From: Pecten maximus
Lineage: Eukaryota
NCBI RefSeq assembly: GCF_902652985.1
Contig: NC_047023.1
Location: 40,982,001-41,046,000 of the forward strand
Direction of reading: 5' to 3'
Length of the DNA: 64,000 bases
The notes beneath the pieces were generated by a model, which saw nothing but the letters and a program-made list of their open reading frames with translations, had not been told where the DNA came from and searched no databases. Both the position numbers and the translations under genes were made by a program. Shown in pieces: positions 12,901-31,677 of the stretch (its first letter is position 1; every line of letters begins with the position of its first letter).

Positions 12901-15900
12901 TCAAACAATTTAAATTGAAAATAAACATTTTCAGATTTTGTTTAATTTCAGTGAGATAACTCTGACTGGGATGTGTACATGTTATGTAACATGATGTATT
13001 AGCTAAATAAAGGAATGTGATTTGTTTGAACTTGTTTCATCTTCCTCAATAAATCCTAACTGTTTCAAAGTCATTTTTCTTGTAGACGTTGGTTCTGCAG
13101 GGTCACAGAATAAACATTTACGATTTCACCAAACACATATTACACCTAAATTAATGTAGTGGCATATTATTTTCATACAAAATTTACATTACTTTCAAAC
13201 AACCTTCAAGTCCTTTAAAAGAGATATAACTCTATGTAAATTCTTTAAAAACTTTAAAAGAGATGCTATGAGGTGGTCTTCCAAAGGAAGTATCTACCGG
13301 TACGGGGGACACCATGATATCCTGTACAGGTGTGTGTTGTACCTGTACGACCCTGTAGTTCCAATCTCACACCCCCGGTAATACGAGATGTATGAGAATT
13401 ATACGGTATTAGTCACAGTCATATACATAAAAGTCCTTACTTGTCTGTTATCTGTGGTCTCCACTGAGATTGAGTGAATACATTTTTATTTTTCAAAGAT
13501 ATTCCATTTCTTGTGTATTATTAACAAATGCAATTTAAATTTAATGTGCCATGTAGATACAGTTATGGGACATTCTCATTAGTCACCACTATTTTGTGTC
13601 AACTAATTGTGTATACATGTATATATAAACATATTTCAGTGTTTTTATATTAATTTGCATTCTTTATAATGAAAAGTTACATATTTATTCATCAAAGACA
13701 ATTAAGTAGTTGAGAACTTTATACACTTAAATGCCAATTTGAAAAAAATATGAAACAGAAATTTAAAATTTGATAGCCAAGCATTTTATGGCTGCTTATA
13801 ATTAGCCATTAATTATTGTATTCAAAGATGTGATTTTATAATTACAAATACTTTTTAAAATGTTCCTTAGCATGGTCACTTGTTTGTGTCACCTGGTAGC
13901 ATATTAAAACAAGTTATATTGTGCATGGTATAGAAATTAACTAATTAACACCAACAAATGAAATAAAGGGATAACAGTGTTCTAAAAATGATTGTTTATA
14001 ATATTGCATACAAAATGTAGAGGCATTTAATGAATTTCTTCTGAATTGATTATTTAAGAGAAGATCAAACGTTTGGAGTGTTGTTATAGACTTTTCGTTT
14101 TGTATAAAACCAATCATAATTATAAAATTATTCCATGTAAGAGATGTGGAACCTTTACAGTAAAATCACAAAACATTGTTGGGTACTGGTGTAACATGAA
14201 ATGACAACTCTGTTATTATTGTTATAGAGGACTCGTACCAGCAGCAGGCACGAATTGATGGAGAACCGGCCAAGCTCGACATCCTGGACACGGCTGGTCA
14301 GGTAAGACCCTATCTACAAAGTGTATGATCAGTGATGTAATGAAATCTGATTATCTGTATGATCTTACTAAGTAAAATTACTGGTATGGTATAAAGTAAA
14401 ATTACTGGTATGGTACAAAGTAAAATTACTGGTATGGTATAAAGTAAAATTACTGGTATGATCAGATAAATGACAAAATCTCTGACAAACCAAGTTTGTA
14501 TGTATGTATGCAAATAGAGTTTCCTTGTTTACAGTTTTACTATCAATATAACATGTCACCGCATAAATGGTGGCTCTGACCCCAAAGGGGCTAAAGGGGC
14601 GGGGCCAAATATGAGAAATAGAGGTAATTCCTCTAAATCTCTACTAGTCATAAAGTTATGAATGGATTTGAACCCAATTTGGACAGAAACGTCCTTGGGG
14701 GAAGGGGAAGAGATTTTGAATAAATGGTGAATCTGACCCCAAAGGGACCAAAGGGGCGGGGCCCAATAGGGGAAATAAAGGTAATTCCTTTAAATCGCTA
14801 CATGTCAAAAAGTTATGAATGGATTTGAATCCAATTTGGTCAGAGATATCTTTAGGGGAAGGGGAACAGATTTTGCATAAATGGTGGCTCTGATCCAAGA
14901 GAGGCCTAATGGGTGGGGCCCAATAAGGGAAATAGAGGTAAATCCTTTAAATTGCTACTAGTCATAAAGTTATGAATGGATTTGAACCCAATTTGGTCCG
15001 AAACATCCTTGGGGGAAGGGGAACAGATTTTGCATAAACGGTGACTCTGACCCTAAAGGGGCCAAAAGGGCGGGGCCAAGTGGGGGAAATAGAGATAATT
15101 CCTTTGAATCGCTACTAGTCTATATCAAGTTATGAATGGATTTGAACCCAATTTGGTCAGCAACAGGGGAACAGATTTTGCATAAATGGTGACTCTGACC
15201 CCCGAAGGGCCAAAGGGGCGGGGCCCAATAGGTGAAATAGAGGTAATTCCTTTAAATCGCTACTAGTCATAAAGTGATGAATGCATGTTCTATAAACAAT
15301 TCTTGAGGTCTTTCAGACCTTAGAGAGTCTGGACTTCATTAATCTTTAAATCAGTTCGGATTCCCACACTATAACCATAAATAGCATTGTTAGAGTTTTA
15401 CAAATAAAACAAATTGAATATGAACATTATTTCGACATTTGGTCTAATCCAACCAGGTGAGCGATACAGGCCCCATGGGCCTCTTGTTGTTATTTGAGCC
15501 CTGGTGATGTTTTGTCCAATTGGAGTGAGTCGTAGAAGGACTCAGTTTTGAGCACCCTTGTGCAAAAATTTTTGAAATGGTGTTCTGGACTCAATTAAAA
15601 AAATCTGATAACATTTTCTGCATTAAGCATGAAAAAGTTAAAATTAAGCCACCAAACCTAGTAATGTGTGTGTTTTGAATAATAGCCGGAGTTCAATGCT
15701 ATGAGGGAACAGTATATGAGGAAAGGAGAGGGATTTGTCATCTGTTACTCAATCACTGACCGACGTAGCTTCGATGAGGTACTCACCTACAAGAAACTCA
15801 TCAACCGAGTACGATGTAGAGAGGATATCCCTATTGTCATTGCCGGCAACAAGTGTGACTTGGAGGAAAAGAGAAAGGTAGGCAAGAAAACCGTGGTTAA

Positions 15901-16461
15901 AGTGAAAAATTAGGGCCAGGAAAGTTGATGTAGGAAAGTCATGATATTCACCATTGTTATGTCAAACTATACTGGTAATTGCATTATAGGTGACTGAAAT
16001 TTATCAAAGAGTGGGATTATAAAGGACTAGGTCTAAGTTATGTTACAGTTATACATGGCTGTCATGCCTCCTGTAATTGCATTGATTATCGTTGCATTCC
16101 TGGACATTTAAAATCTGAGTATTAGGTGAAAAATTCCACTTTCAAGTAGTTTTCCCAGACTTATGTCCCATTTTTGTAAGTATTTATAAAGGTATATATT
16201 TATACCATACAGGTGTCTGTTGAAGAGGGTTTAGCTTTGGCCAGGCAGCTAGAATGTCCATTCTTTGAGACGTCAGCGGTTCTGAGGAAATGTGTTGATG
16301 ATGTGTTCCACAAACTTGTACAGGAGATCCGAAGGAAAGAACTTGACGCTTGGGAACTTGAGAACAAATCAACGCGCAAACCAAAAGGGTTCCGACGTCT
16401 AGGCTCTGTGTTTGGTCGTCTCAATGTGTTCAAAAAAGGGGCAAGGTCACACAACACCTGA
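3941..16461 (+). CDS. RIT1: GTP-binding protein Rit/Rin/Ric (Ras family), 222 aa; exons 3941-4037, 6210-6266, 14228-14301, 15686-15877, 16213-16461
   Basis: All introns are GT-AG and the spliced frame is open. Motifs: G1 GDGGVGKS, Rit-type effector loop YHDPTIEDSY, G3 DTAGQ, G4 NKCD, G5 ETSA. The C-terminus is polybasic with no CAAX. Internal exons of 57/74/192 nt match vertebrate RIT1/RIT2 as I recall them. Probably co-orthologous to RIT1 and RIT2. Confidence 0.95.
4562..4625. mobile_element. 64-bp perfect hairpin element with 9-bp TSD
   Basis: 30-bp arms TAGCCCGAGTTTTCTCTGGCCCTGTCACCA around a TGTC loop. Flanks ATACTAATG/ATATTAATG. A related copy lies at 58708-58796. Confidence 0.8.
6330..8062. 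repeat. 80-bp tandem array, ~21 copies, in Rit intron 2
   Basis: Unit CCCTGTCCAACCATTTGTCATCCCCAGGTATACTAAGGTACAGTATAACCTAGCTAAATCAGCCCCTGTCTTATCTAGAT; period 80 (e.g. 6541 to 6621). Confidence 0.97.
9592..9718. mobile_element. Palindromic MITE-like element
   Basis: CCCTTGTTGTAGGGAAACATGACAAT...GTCATATTTCC pairs imperfectly with GGAAATATGAC...ATTGTCATGTCTCCCTACAACCAAGGG. Confidence 0.6.
11486..11691 (+). mobile_element. tRNA-derived SINE with V-domain-like core
   Basis: A box TGGCCGAGTGG, B box GAGTTCGAAACC, core TTTTCTCCGGGTACTCCGGCTTTCCTCCAC, (AAAC)-rich tail. TSD of ~17 bp: AAATTATAAAGGAAGAA / AAATTATAAAGGGAAAA. Confidence 0.9.
11914..12677 (+). mobile_element. Degraded Helentron-associated (HINE-like) element
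   Basis: Sub-terminal IRs GTCGCCTGC/GCAGGCAAC, repeated internal GGAGTTATGGCCCTT motifs, 3' end ...CCTTGTT. Confidence 0.5.
14369..14460. repeat. 24-bp minisatellite, ~4 copies
   Basis: Unit AAGTAAAATTACTGGTATGGTATA. Confidence 0.9.
14559..15488 (+). mobile_element. 5'-truncated Helentron-associated non-autonomous element with ~157-bp internal tandem repeats (~5 units)
   Basis: Units start near 14561, 14718, 14875, 15032 and 15180. Typical 3' end CAGGTGAGCGATACAGGCCCCATGGGCCTCTTGTT (sub-terminal IR plus short palindrome). Confidence 0.8.
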
Positions 16462-17585
16462 GATTTCATCTAGGATTGCCTTCAATATCCTCCGTCCTCA
16501 GCAGAATGCTTGGGTTTCACATAAAGAGTGCTTTAACAGTGTGTCACATCAGTGTACAACTGGTGATCAGATTGGGTATTGCTTTGATAATGTTGACTGG
16601 TGTAGTTGTGTCTGTTTTCCGAGTAGAATTTAGGTTCTTTATTCTGCGAGTGAGATGTTGTGTGAAGTTCTAGTCAGGTCCGGTGCAGGTCCTAGTGTTA
16701 CTGGGGTACAAAATTCTATAACTTAAGAAAATGCCTTAGGATTTTACAGTAGAAAACATTTGAGAAATTCAAGGATATGATATATCATTACTTCTTTAAC
16801 TCTCATAATGCTCTCCAAATTTTGCAAAATAAAAGGAATTTACCTAAATTGAGAAAGTTTGTGAAAAAGTGGAAGGTTTCATGTGAGTTTTGATTAGTGG
16901 TATGTTAAGCGTCCATGTTTGTGTAAAAAACACATGATTACTTATATCAGAGTATGTGTGCCATTCACATGACTGATCATGTCGGTTTTGATGTCTGTTA
17001 TATAAAAATTTACAAATGAATTGTTTATGATAAAACGAACAAAATGTTATTGACAAATGTTAAAAAGGTATTATAGTTTTTAAGACTTTTTCACTGCAAT
17101 TTTAATTTGTATCATTTTATGTTGGTATACCTATTTACGCAGATTTATGTAAGAAAATGGTTACATGTGAAATGATGAGGGCTCGGAGACAGCATTCATG
17201 ACATATTGCAAAATATTCATGTTATTGATGATTAAGTCATACATTGTTATTCACAATATGAATATATGACTGACAATGATTGCCAAAAAAATTTTGTGTC
17301 CAATGCTATATTTTCAAAAGCCAGAGTCTCCTTGCCTTACTGATGTACAGAGTAGCCGTACTATGCAACAAAAATATTTTTCTGAATGTTTTTTGTTTGT
17401 TAATGAATATGGTAAATGTGTTAATTACTCTGGATCTTGTAAAATTGACCTCTACTGATAATGACCTGGTAATCTTTAGTTTGGAATATGTTCTATCTTC
17501 TTCCCCAAGAAAAACAAAATTTTAATAACTATGATTTTAGAAGATACATTATAAGTAGTATAAGAGTGGGGGTGTAACTCGGCCT

Positions 17586-18754
17586 GTACATCAGTTTTTG
17601 TTGGTATGTGGTTCCCGTGAGTCCCTACCCGTCCCAGTATCATGTGACTGTTTCCCTGGGATACTGTCCCACCTATGACCTTATAAGTCCTCACTGTACT
17701 AAGTCCCCCTGGTACATCTTGTTATTCCTCAGTATGTACCTACCCTTCATACTTAACTTCCTTCTGTGATATTCCCGCCAACGAAAGGTACAAGTCTACC
17801 TTTATATTTTTATTTTCGACTGGTCAAATGCATGGAGTGATGATAAAGATCATCATAGTCATCCATGTCAACATACATTTATATAGTATAGTCTGTATAC
17901 TGGTAGTTTTACTCAAAGGAGTGGAAGGTGTTCCGTACGGTAGAGGAGGGGCACAAGGGGCATGAGCCCGATATGGGGGTGGAAGATAAGGAGTGGTGGA
18001 AGGACCTTTCGGTGGTGGCATTAGCTGGGATTCTGGTGGACTAGTAGTAGGTACAGACCGGAACTGTGGGATTCTAATGTTAAGAAAGACTATAAACAGA
18101 ATATGTCACAGTTAATACACCTGGAAGGCACCCTCCATCTTACCTGTTTAGATTCTAATGTTAAGAAAGACAATAAACAGAACATGTCACAGTTAATATA
18201 CCTGGAAGGGACCCTCCATCTTACCTGTAATACAGTTATAAAATAGGCCCCCTCCAATTGACGGGAACATGCATTATATCCAGTGACAGCCATGTCTAGA
18301 GTGACAGGAATCTTGGTATGGGATCGATTGGGACAGGTGCAGGACGGACGCATGGGGAATGGCTGTCACGTGGTACTGGCTGGGGATGGATGGGGATGAG
18401 TGTCGCTTGGTACTATGTGGGGAAGCATGGTGATGGCTATCACGTGTTACTGGGCTGGGAAACATGGGGATGGGTGTACCTGGTACTGGGGATGGCAGTC
18501 GCATGGTACTGGCTGGGGATGGATGGGGATGAGTGTCGCTTGGTACTATGTGGGGACACGTGGGGGATGGCTGTCACGTGTTACTGGCTGGGGATGGATG
18601 GGGATGAGTGTCACCTGGTACTAAGTGGGGACACGTAGGGATGGCTGTTACATGTTACTGACTGGGGATGGATGGGGATGAGTGTCACCTGGTACTAAGT
18701 GGGGACATGTGGGGATGGTTCCACATACTGGCATACCTACATAAACTAATGTAC
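17586..18754. mobile_element. Non-autonomous TIR DNA transposon with subterminal tandem repeats
   Basis: TIRs GTACATCAGTTTTTGTTGGTATG / CATACCTACATAAACTAATGTAC (20/23). A GC-rich ~70-bp tandem block at 18350-18720 has an inverted relative near 17630-17660. Confidence 0.6.
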
Positions 18755-21641
18755 TACATGTTGAACGTTCTACTGTTACAAATGGGTTTTTTTTATATAT
18801 ATATATATCAGTTTGAATTATTTTAGTTAAAGTCAATCAAGACAGAACCTAGCCTTTCCTGGTAGATTTTAATCGACTATACACTTCATCAATAACTTCC
18901 AAGAAGTTGTATTTTTGTTTCAGGTATCCCTGTAAGATTTTCAGATAGTGTGTAATAGATTCGACACTGAACTTCCTGGCCAAGTTAACATTGTACGTCA
19001 ACAGCTTTCTTATCATTCCTTTACTATTCTAATGTTTTGTGTTTCATGTAAAAGTGTGTTTGTGTGTAGAAAGTCACTTATATATTTGTGGTATTACAGT
19101 ATAAATGTCACTTTCTTTGGTGTAAATGTTTCAATCGAATATAAACTCCACTCAATTTTCAACATCTCGCTCTCAAGCTTACTTTAATCAAATCATAATG
19201 TTAAAAGAGACTTGAGTCGAGGTTGATATGATCAGTAACAATGGAGTAAGATTGTGGACATAGTGCTTCAGTATACACAGCAGTGCTAGCTGAATCCAAA
19301 TAGTTAGATTAAACTGTAAAATATCAAGATGTTATAGCTTTATAATAAGTAGCTTTATAACCCATTAGATAATCCTAAGAAAATCCTCTGAAATAGAGTC
19401 TGAATGGTTAGATTTAAATTTTAATGTTGATGTTGGTGTTGACAGGGTGAATTATGATGTTTCTAAGTTAATTAGAAGAGTTTTATATATTCTGGTTTAG
19501 ACTTAATTTCTGTTGTCGGTCAAAACTGCCTTTTCCAGATTTGACAAAGAATTGTAAATTGTTTCCATGTTAACATTATTTCATTTATCCCTTTGTGGTG
19601 GAAATCACACTGAAAGTCATATACATACAAAATAAATGTATGTAGAGTTATGGAAATACAAAGCACAGTATATATAATCAATTATTAGTAGAATCTATCT
19701 ACATAGATAGATAAAAGGTGGTAAGAAACATATATTGAATTCTAAATATTAAATTCTAATTATAATCTAGTATATTTATCATTGATCAAAGGGAGATAAC
19801 TAAAGCAGAAATTTTGTGAACATTGTCAACGTCTTTTTCTGTATGTTAGACTGGAAATTTATTTTACATTGAGTTACCCACGTTGGAACAGAGAGCTTTA
19901 TTAGATGACGATAGATTGCCATTGCTTTTGAATAATTGGTATTATGTACCAAAGGATAATAAGGATAATCATATATTATAAACTTCTGATATTATTACCG
20001 GTAGGTCTATTCCTGTAACATGTACCACTCCACAGGCCTCCAGAGTAATCCATGCTAGGGTTTCTTGCCAAATACTTCTTTACTAATTATTGATAAAATT
20101 CTATGGTTAATATCTCAAAACAAATCCTTGGTCAAGGTACATGTTACTTAGTTTTTCCTTAGCTTCTTAAACTGATCCTGTTCACCGGACTTCAAAATCG
20201 AATTTTCGAAGATACTGGACTCTCAGTGCTCCAATGTATATGGAGAAACAGCTATTTCACATGAGATTTAGAAAACCCAGTAATGTACATTTAGAAATGT
20301 ATGTTTTGGGCCCAATTACTTTTACCAAACTATTTAATTTTTGATTCCATGCCTTTAAAGTTTTAAAGTTGTTTTTCCCTTTATGGATTGTTTTTTTTGG
20401 TTTGTTACAAAGTATTTATTTTACCGGTTTTTAACTTTCAAGATATTAAAAGGAAGGTTTGTTGTCAAACTCGTTGGTAGTTTTAAGATCAATGAATTTT
20501 ACTGTGTATTTCTACTGCGAGTTTTTATTTCAAGATTTTAGTATATTCTTATTGTAAATATTTTTTGCACTACTGCTTTAGGCTTAATCAAGTTATTTTA
20601 TTCAGTGTGGATATCCAGATTGTATAAACACATTTGAATACATTTTCACCAAATTGTAGTATTTTTCATATGCTGGAAACTGACAAGTATAAAATATATC
20701 TAATATTTGTATTGTTAGACTTTTCTCAGCAGTGACGAAATCAGTATATTGTGTACATGTATAAATGTATATAATACTTGTATCGCATAAATGAGTGAAA
20801 AACTATTTCACACTTCAAAATACAAGGGTTCTGCATATTTTCCTTGCACCCATAGAAAAACATGGGCCGTATTGAAAAGATCAGTTAATTATTTTGTGGT
20901 TTCCAGATTTAAAACTGACCAATCACTAGGCAGAAAACCTGTCATGTGATGATTTTATAGAAGCTCTACTGGTCAGTTGTATCAGCTGCCTGTTATTTCC
21001 TGTATTTACGGTGGATTGTGATGATGGAACAGAACACACCGACCCTTCCAGATCTGGTCAGAAATATAGGATTACAGGCTATCAAATTTGTATTATATAT
21101 GAAAGAGGGTCCAGAGCCTTTGATTTCGTCGCCACATATTTCATGGGTGTAGAAAAGATTGTTTTAATAGTAGGACCACTGGATATTGAAGATAAACTTT
21201 CAACTGTTCGCAGTATTAGGGCCCTTTAGGCTTAATTGAGAACAATCTTCATGGTGAGAATAGTGAAAACTGATAGAACTTTCCCTATTCCTTTGCTTCA
21301 GTGCTTTTGATATTTTGTTTTGCTTGACTGTTGAACTTGTTATCTGGTCATTATACCAGGATATTTATGTAGAATTTGGATTCTGAGTATACTATTATTA
21401 TTTTCTTTCAAGTTTACTGTGCAATAATCCATTTCTATCATTCATTTATTTATAGGTTACATTAAGTTATTATGAAATAAAATTGAGAAAATCTTAGCTC
21501 TGTGTTGTTTCATATATACTGAAGACAGATATGGGAATCCCTGATTACAATTCACAAGAATTACACGTAATCATGTCTCGACTGTCCCATTTTGTCAATA
21601 AAGTTCACTAAAATTTTCGTGTAATTTCCAAAAATAACTAA

Positions 21642-22524
21642 AACAAGGGCCTGTTGGAGGGCCACAACATACGCCTGCCGCAATATTTGAAACTTGGAAG
21701 GGGGTAGTTTCACAGGTTGTAATGCTTTAAAATGAAGTATCATTGTTGGAAAGTTGAGAGGAGATATTGATACACATAATGGTGTGTAGTCGAAACCGAA
21801 TGGCAACTTTAAATGATGAGATGTATATACCGGTATGTTGCAAATATGGGAAACCTTGGTTTAGACACAACAACACAAAAATTAGTTCACATGTTTATAT
21901 ACAGAATATATACATTAAAAGAACCTCTTTGCACAGAATCAGCCTCCTAATACCATTATTAAGTGAATGGTGAGCAATTACAAAATTTGAACCAGACAAG
22001 TAAAATTATCAAAGGGGAATAACTCCACAAATAAGGGGGTAAGGAGCATGATTTTGGTATGCGCCACTCCGGCTCATCAAGATGTATATTTGTGTCAAGT
22101 ATGGAGAGCCTGGATCGGGTAGTACTGGAGATATGGTCCGGACACCATATGTGCCCGAAGTAAAATCATCAAAGGGGAATAACTCCACAAATAAGGGGAT
22201 AAGGGGCATGATTTTGGTATGCGACACTCCGGCTCATCAATATGTATACTTGTGTAAAGTATGGAGAGTCTGGGTCGAGTAGTACTGGAGTTATGGTCCG
22301 GACAAGTAAAATCATCAGAGGGGAATAACTCCGCAAATACGGGGGTGAGGGTCATGGTTTTGGTATGCAACACTCCGGCTCTTCAAGATGTATATTTGTG
22401 TCAAGTATGGAGAGCCTGGGTCGAGTAGTATTGGAGTTATGGTCCGGATACCATATGTGTCCACCCACCCACCCGCCAACATGACAACATAATACGTCCC
22501 GTCTTTTGTCGGGCGTATAAAAAA
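21642..22524 (-). mobile_element. Helentron-associated non-autonomous element with internal tandem repeats
   Basis: On the minus strand: 5' TTTTTATACGCCCGACAAAAGACGGGACGTATTATG, then a (GGGT)n microsatellite, ~3 tandem ~150-bp units, and 3' GCAGGCGTATG...GGCCCTCCAACAGGCCCTTGTT. Confidence 0.75.
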
Positions 22525-22852
22525 CACCACATAAAAGTATGGAAGCGCCCGAATGAAATGTATCAAAATCATTCTCATTATTACCCCAAATATTTTCTGA
22601 AAAGTGAGAGGAAAAACAGCTGATGTACGATATAATTCATTCCTATTTTCTTATAAATTAATTGGTAAACAATGAAGATTTGATATCAATTCCTTAAAGT
22701 TTTTTAACCCCAAAAATTAAAATTTATGTAATCTGTTCGTCATTTCAGATCTTTTAAAAGACCGATAAAATATCAAACCAAATAATCCTAAACTTTGGTT
22801 AAAAAAAATTCTTCAGCTTTTCACTCAATCCCTTCTGGGAGAATAAAAAATA

Positions 22853-23687
22853 CTGTATACCTGGTATTTTTCGCCCTTGAGCAACACAAAAGATATTCGC
22901 CCCGTTTTAAATTCGCCCTAAACTACTTTTAAGAAATGTCTTTTCCTCATTTACAATCGAAAAATTCCGTTCGGAATTCTCAATATAGTTGCACTCGGAA
23001 CACACAGGATTTATCGAGTTCCCACATTTTCTTTTCGTCACATACCCCGCTGAGGTGTGAAATGTAATCAGGTGTTCAATATACAACGTTTACTTTCAAA
23101 TAGTATCAGGTATGCCTGGTCGATTTTAAAGAAACACGATGAATTTTAAGTTCACTGTGCCCGTGACTAATTACTGACCAGTGTTTTCTCTTGTTCACTT
23201 GTATACATCGATTGAAGCCACAAGCGACGGTGAACTCATAAAATCAGCCTTCACAATGACAAGAATTTAATGCTATTTTGCGTGCATCATTTAAAAAAAA
23301 GACTGGATATTTAAAGGGACTTACTATTTAAAGCTTTTTTTAAAAATCAAATACAGTATACTAAACCTAGTACGCTTTCCATGTGATATGGCAAATTTAC
23401 TAGGCCTAGATTTAGATCTATATTTTATTTCACATGCATATATTGGAATAAAACAATTATTTTATAAAGTACACATATATACCACGTGTTGCTTGTAATT
23501 GTATAGGAAAAAACACACTTGAAAAGTACGAGGGTACGTTTTGGATCAGACTTCAGTTGGCCTATGTACGATGACTTGTAAATCCTTCAATTCAGCTTGA
23601 AATTTTCGCCGTCATCTTAAATTCGCCCTATCATCAAAGGGCGAAAAAGTCGAAAATTAAACGTGGTGGAAATTACCAGGTATACAG
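22853..23687. mobile_element. Tc1/mariner-type non-autonomous element with TA TSD
   Basis: TA|CTGTATACCTGGTA...TACCAGGTATACAG|TA, with subterminal TTCGCCC/GGCGAA repeats. Confidence 0.85.
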
Positions 23688-24579
23688 TAACTAGTTTGTC
23701 TTTGAGAACAAAAACATGTCTCCCCTTCTCTTTTTCTAGGCATTGGGTTGTTTTTTTTCCATTCAATTGACCTTTATGACTGGACAAGAAATTAATGTAA
23801 AATTTGCACTTTTGTCATTATGTCATTATGGTTAAAGCAGTACAATGTACATCAGTTTTAGGTGATGCAAGTATCCTCTAAGGTTCATCTACATATCTTT
23901 AACGGTTCAGAAGTTATAGCCAGGAAAAGAAGTTGTTAGAAGAACCTGTACCAATACAATAATGTCTCCTTTCATTTGAAGGGAAGAAATAATTATCCAC
24001 AATGCAATGGAACTGCAGACAAAACTGCTTCACGTCAGTTTTCAGGAAGAAAATGGAACAAGTTTCAGCTTTAAGAAGGGTTACTCCAGGCTTAAACCAA
24101 AAGAAGTGATTTTGTGAAACAGTACCATGCAAGATACATCTTCTCTTACGCCCACCTTTCAGATTTTTTTTACTGCAATAGCCCCGAAAATTCTTGTCAG
24201 CTAAATCAGTAAAATCTTAGAGGTGGCCATGAGTATGGTCTTAAACTATCAACAAAACGAACAAGTTTGGGATGTTAATTTTTAATTCAATCATTCAACA
24301 GATTCCAGGTAAGTGTCAAGACTCAACTGGAGTCCAGATTCACAAGAAAATGTTTCCAATGAAACACTAGCACATTAGAAACATAGAAATCCCACATCTA
24401 CATTTGTAACAGTACCTGGTTTTCTTATATGTTTACAAACACACACACCGCTAACAACCTCGCCGTCCCATAAATACGTCTTAGATTTCACATTGTCGTT
24501 TTTTATGTTTCGCGTAAAAAACAAAACCATCTGCACTATTGTTGTGATTTAAATGAGTTCCTAATATACTGTCATCACG

Positions 24580-30792
<6,213 letters not shown>

Positions 30793-31677
30793 GCTTGCAG
30801 TGGTGTGTATTCGTGCTAGCCCAATAAAATGGCCGCCAGGAGACCTGAGTGGAGGCTGATGGGAAGGTTACCAGTTTCTACAAATATAACTATGAGAAAC
30901 ATAAACGAAACGAATATATTAACTTCGGATTTAATGTTACGGAGAGCGCCGAAATGCATCAGAGTACATAAAATTTAGAACCGCCCGACATCCGTAAATG
31001 CACCATTTCTTAATGATGTGTTCAAATAAGAAATCTCTTTTTTTTTGTCGAACCAAAACGCGTTTTATGGAAATGTGTTTTATTTATTTTAATGTTCCAT
31101 GTTTTACAGTATGCATTTACATGTAAATGAAATAACAAACACACATTAGATTTTAGCGAAGTTTCTCTCATACACGTGTGAAAATCAGTCAGATTTATGA
31201 CTAAGGTTGTCTTGACCACGGATGCGAAGTCCTTGCCCTGCTGTTTAATAAATTGTTTCTGTAATGACTTGCTTGTATATTGATACGATGAATTAAATGT
31301 GTTGTTTTTCTATATATGTGCTTGATAAATGAAATCAAGTTAAATTCTCGTTGATTACAACATCCTTGAAATAAACAACGTGCATTCTACGAAATTGCGT
31401 TTCGTTAGATTACGAATCATGAAAATATTTTTGTGATTATACTCTTTAACACCAATTTATAAGTAAAATCCGTACAAATGCGATTTTTCGTATATAAATT
31501 ACGTGATGTATTTATAATAAAGTACTTAAGTTCTATCAATATGTCTATGACATTAAATTATGAATAATCTATAATATTAGTTTAGAGAGTACTCCATACC
31601 TCACATCACATGACGAACTGTCATTGAAGGAGAACGGTGTAGAACGACCAAAAGAGAGACTACTAAAAACATAGAAA
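30793..31677. promoter_or_regulatory. Candidate bidirectional promoter between ATP5F1A and the tetraspanin
   Basis: The divergent ATGs (30792 and 31678) are separated by 885 bp. The interval looks CpG-rich by eye relative to the gene bodies. Confidence 0.7.
30826..30837 (-). promoter_or_regulatory. YY1-type motif GGCGGCCATTTT in the ATP5F1A 5' leader
   Basis: Matches the YY1 consensus (GCCATnTT), ~35-45 nt upstream of the ATG and just downstream of a pyrimidine-rich candidate start (CCTTCCCATC). Confidence 0.55.

Noticed and set aside
17172-17275. Box C (ATGATGA) to box D (CTGA) snoRNA-like spacing; a similar C box at ~26190
   Set aside because: No terminal stem or recognisable guide; the first is not intronic and the second is antisense to its host gene.
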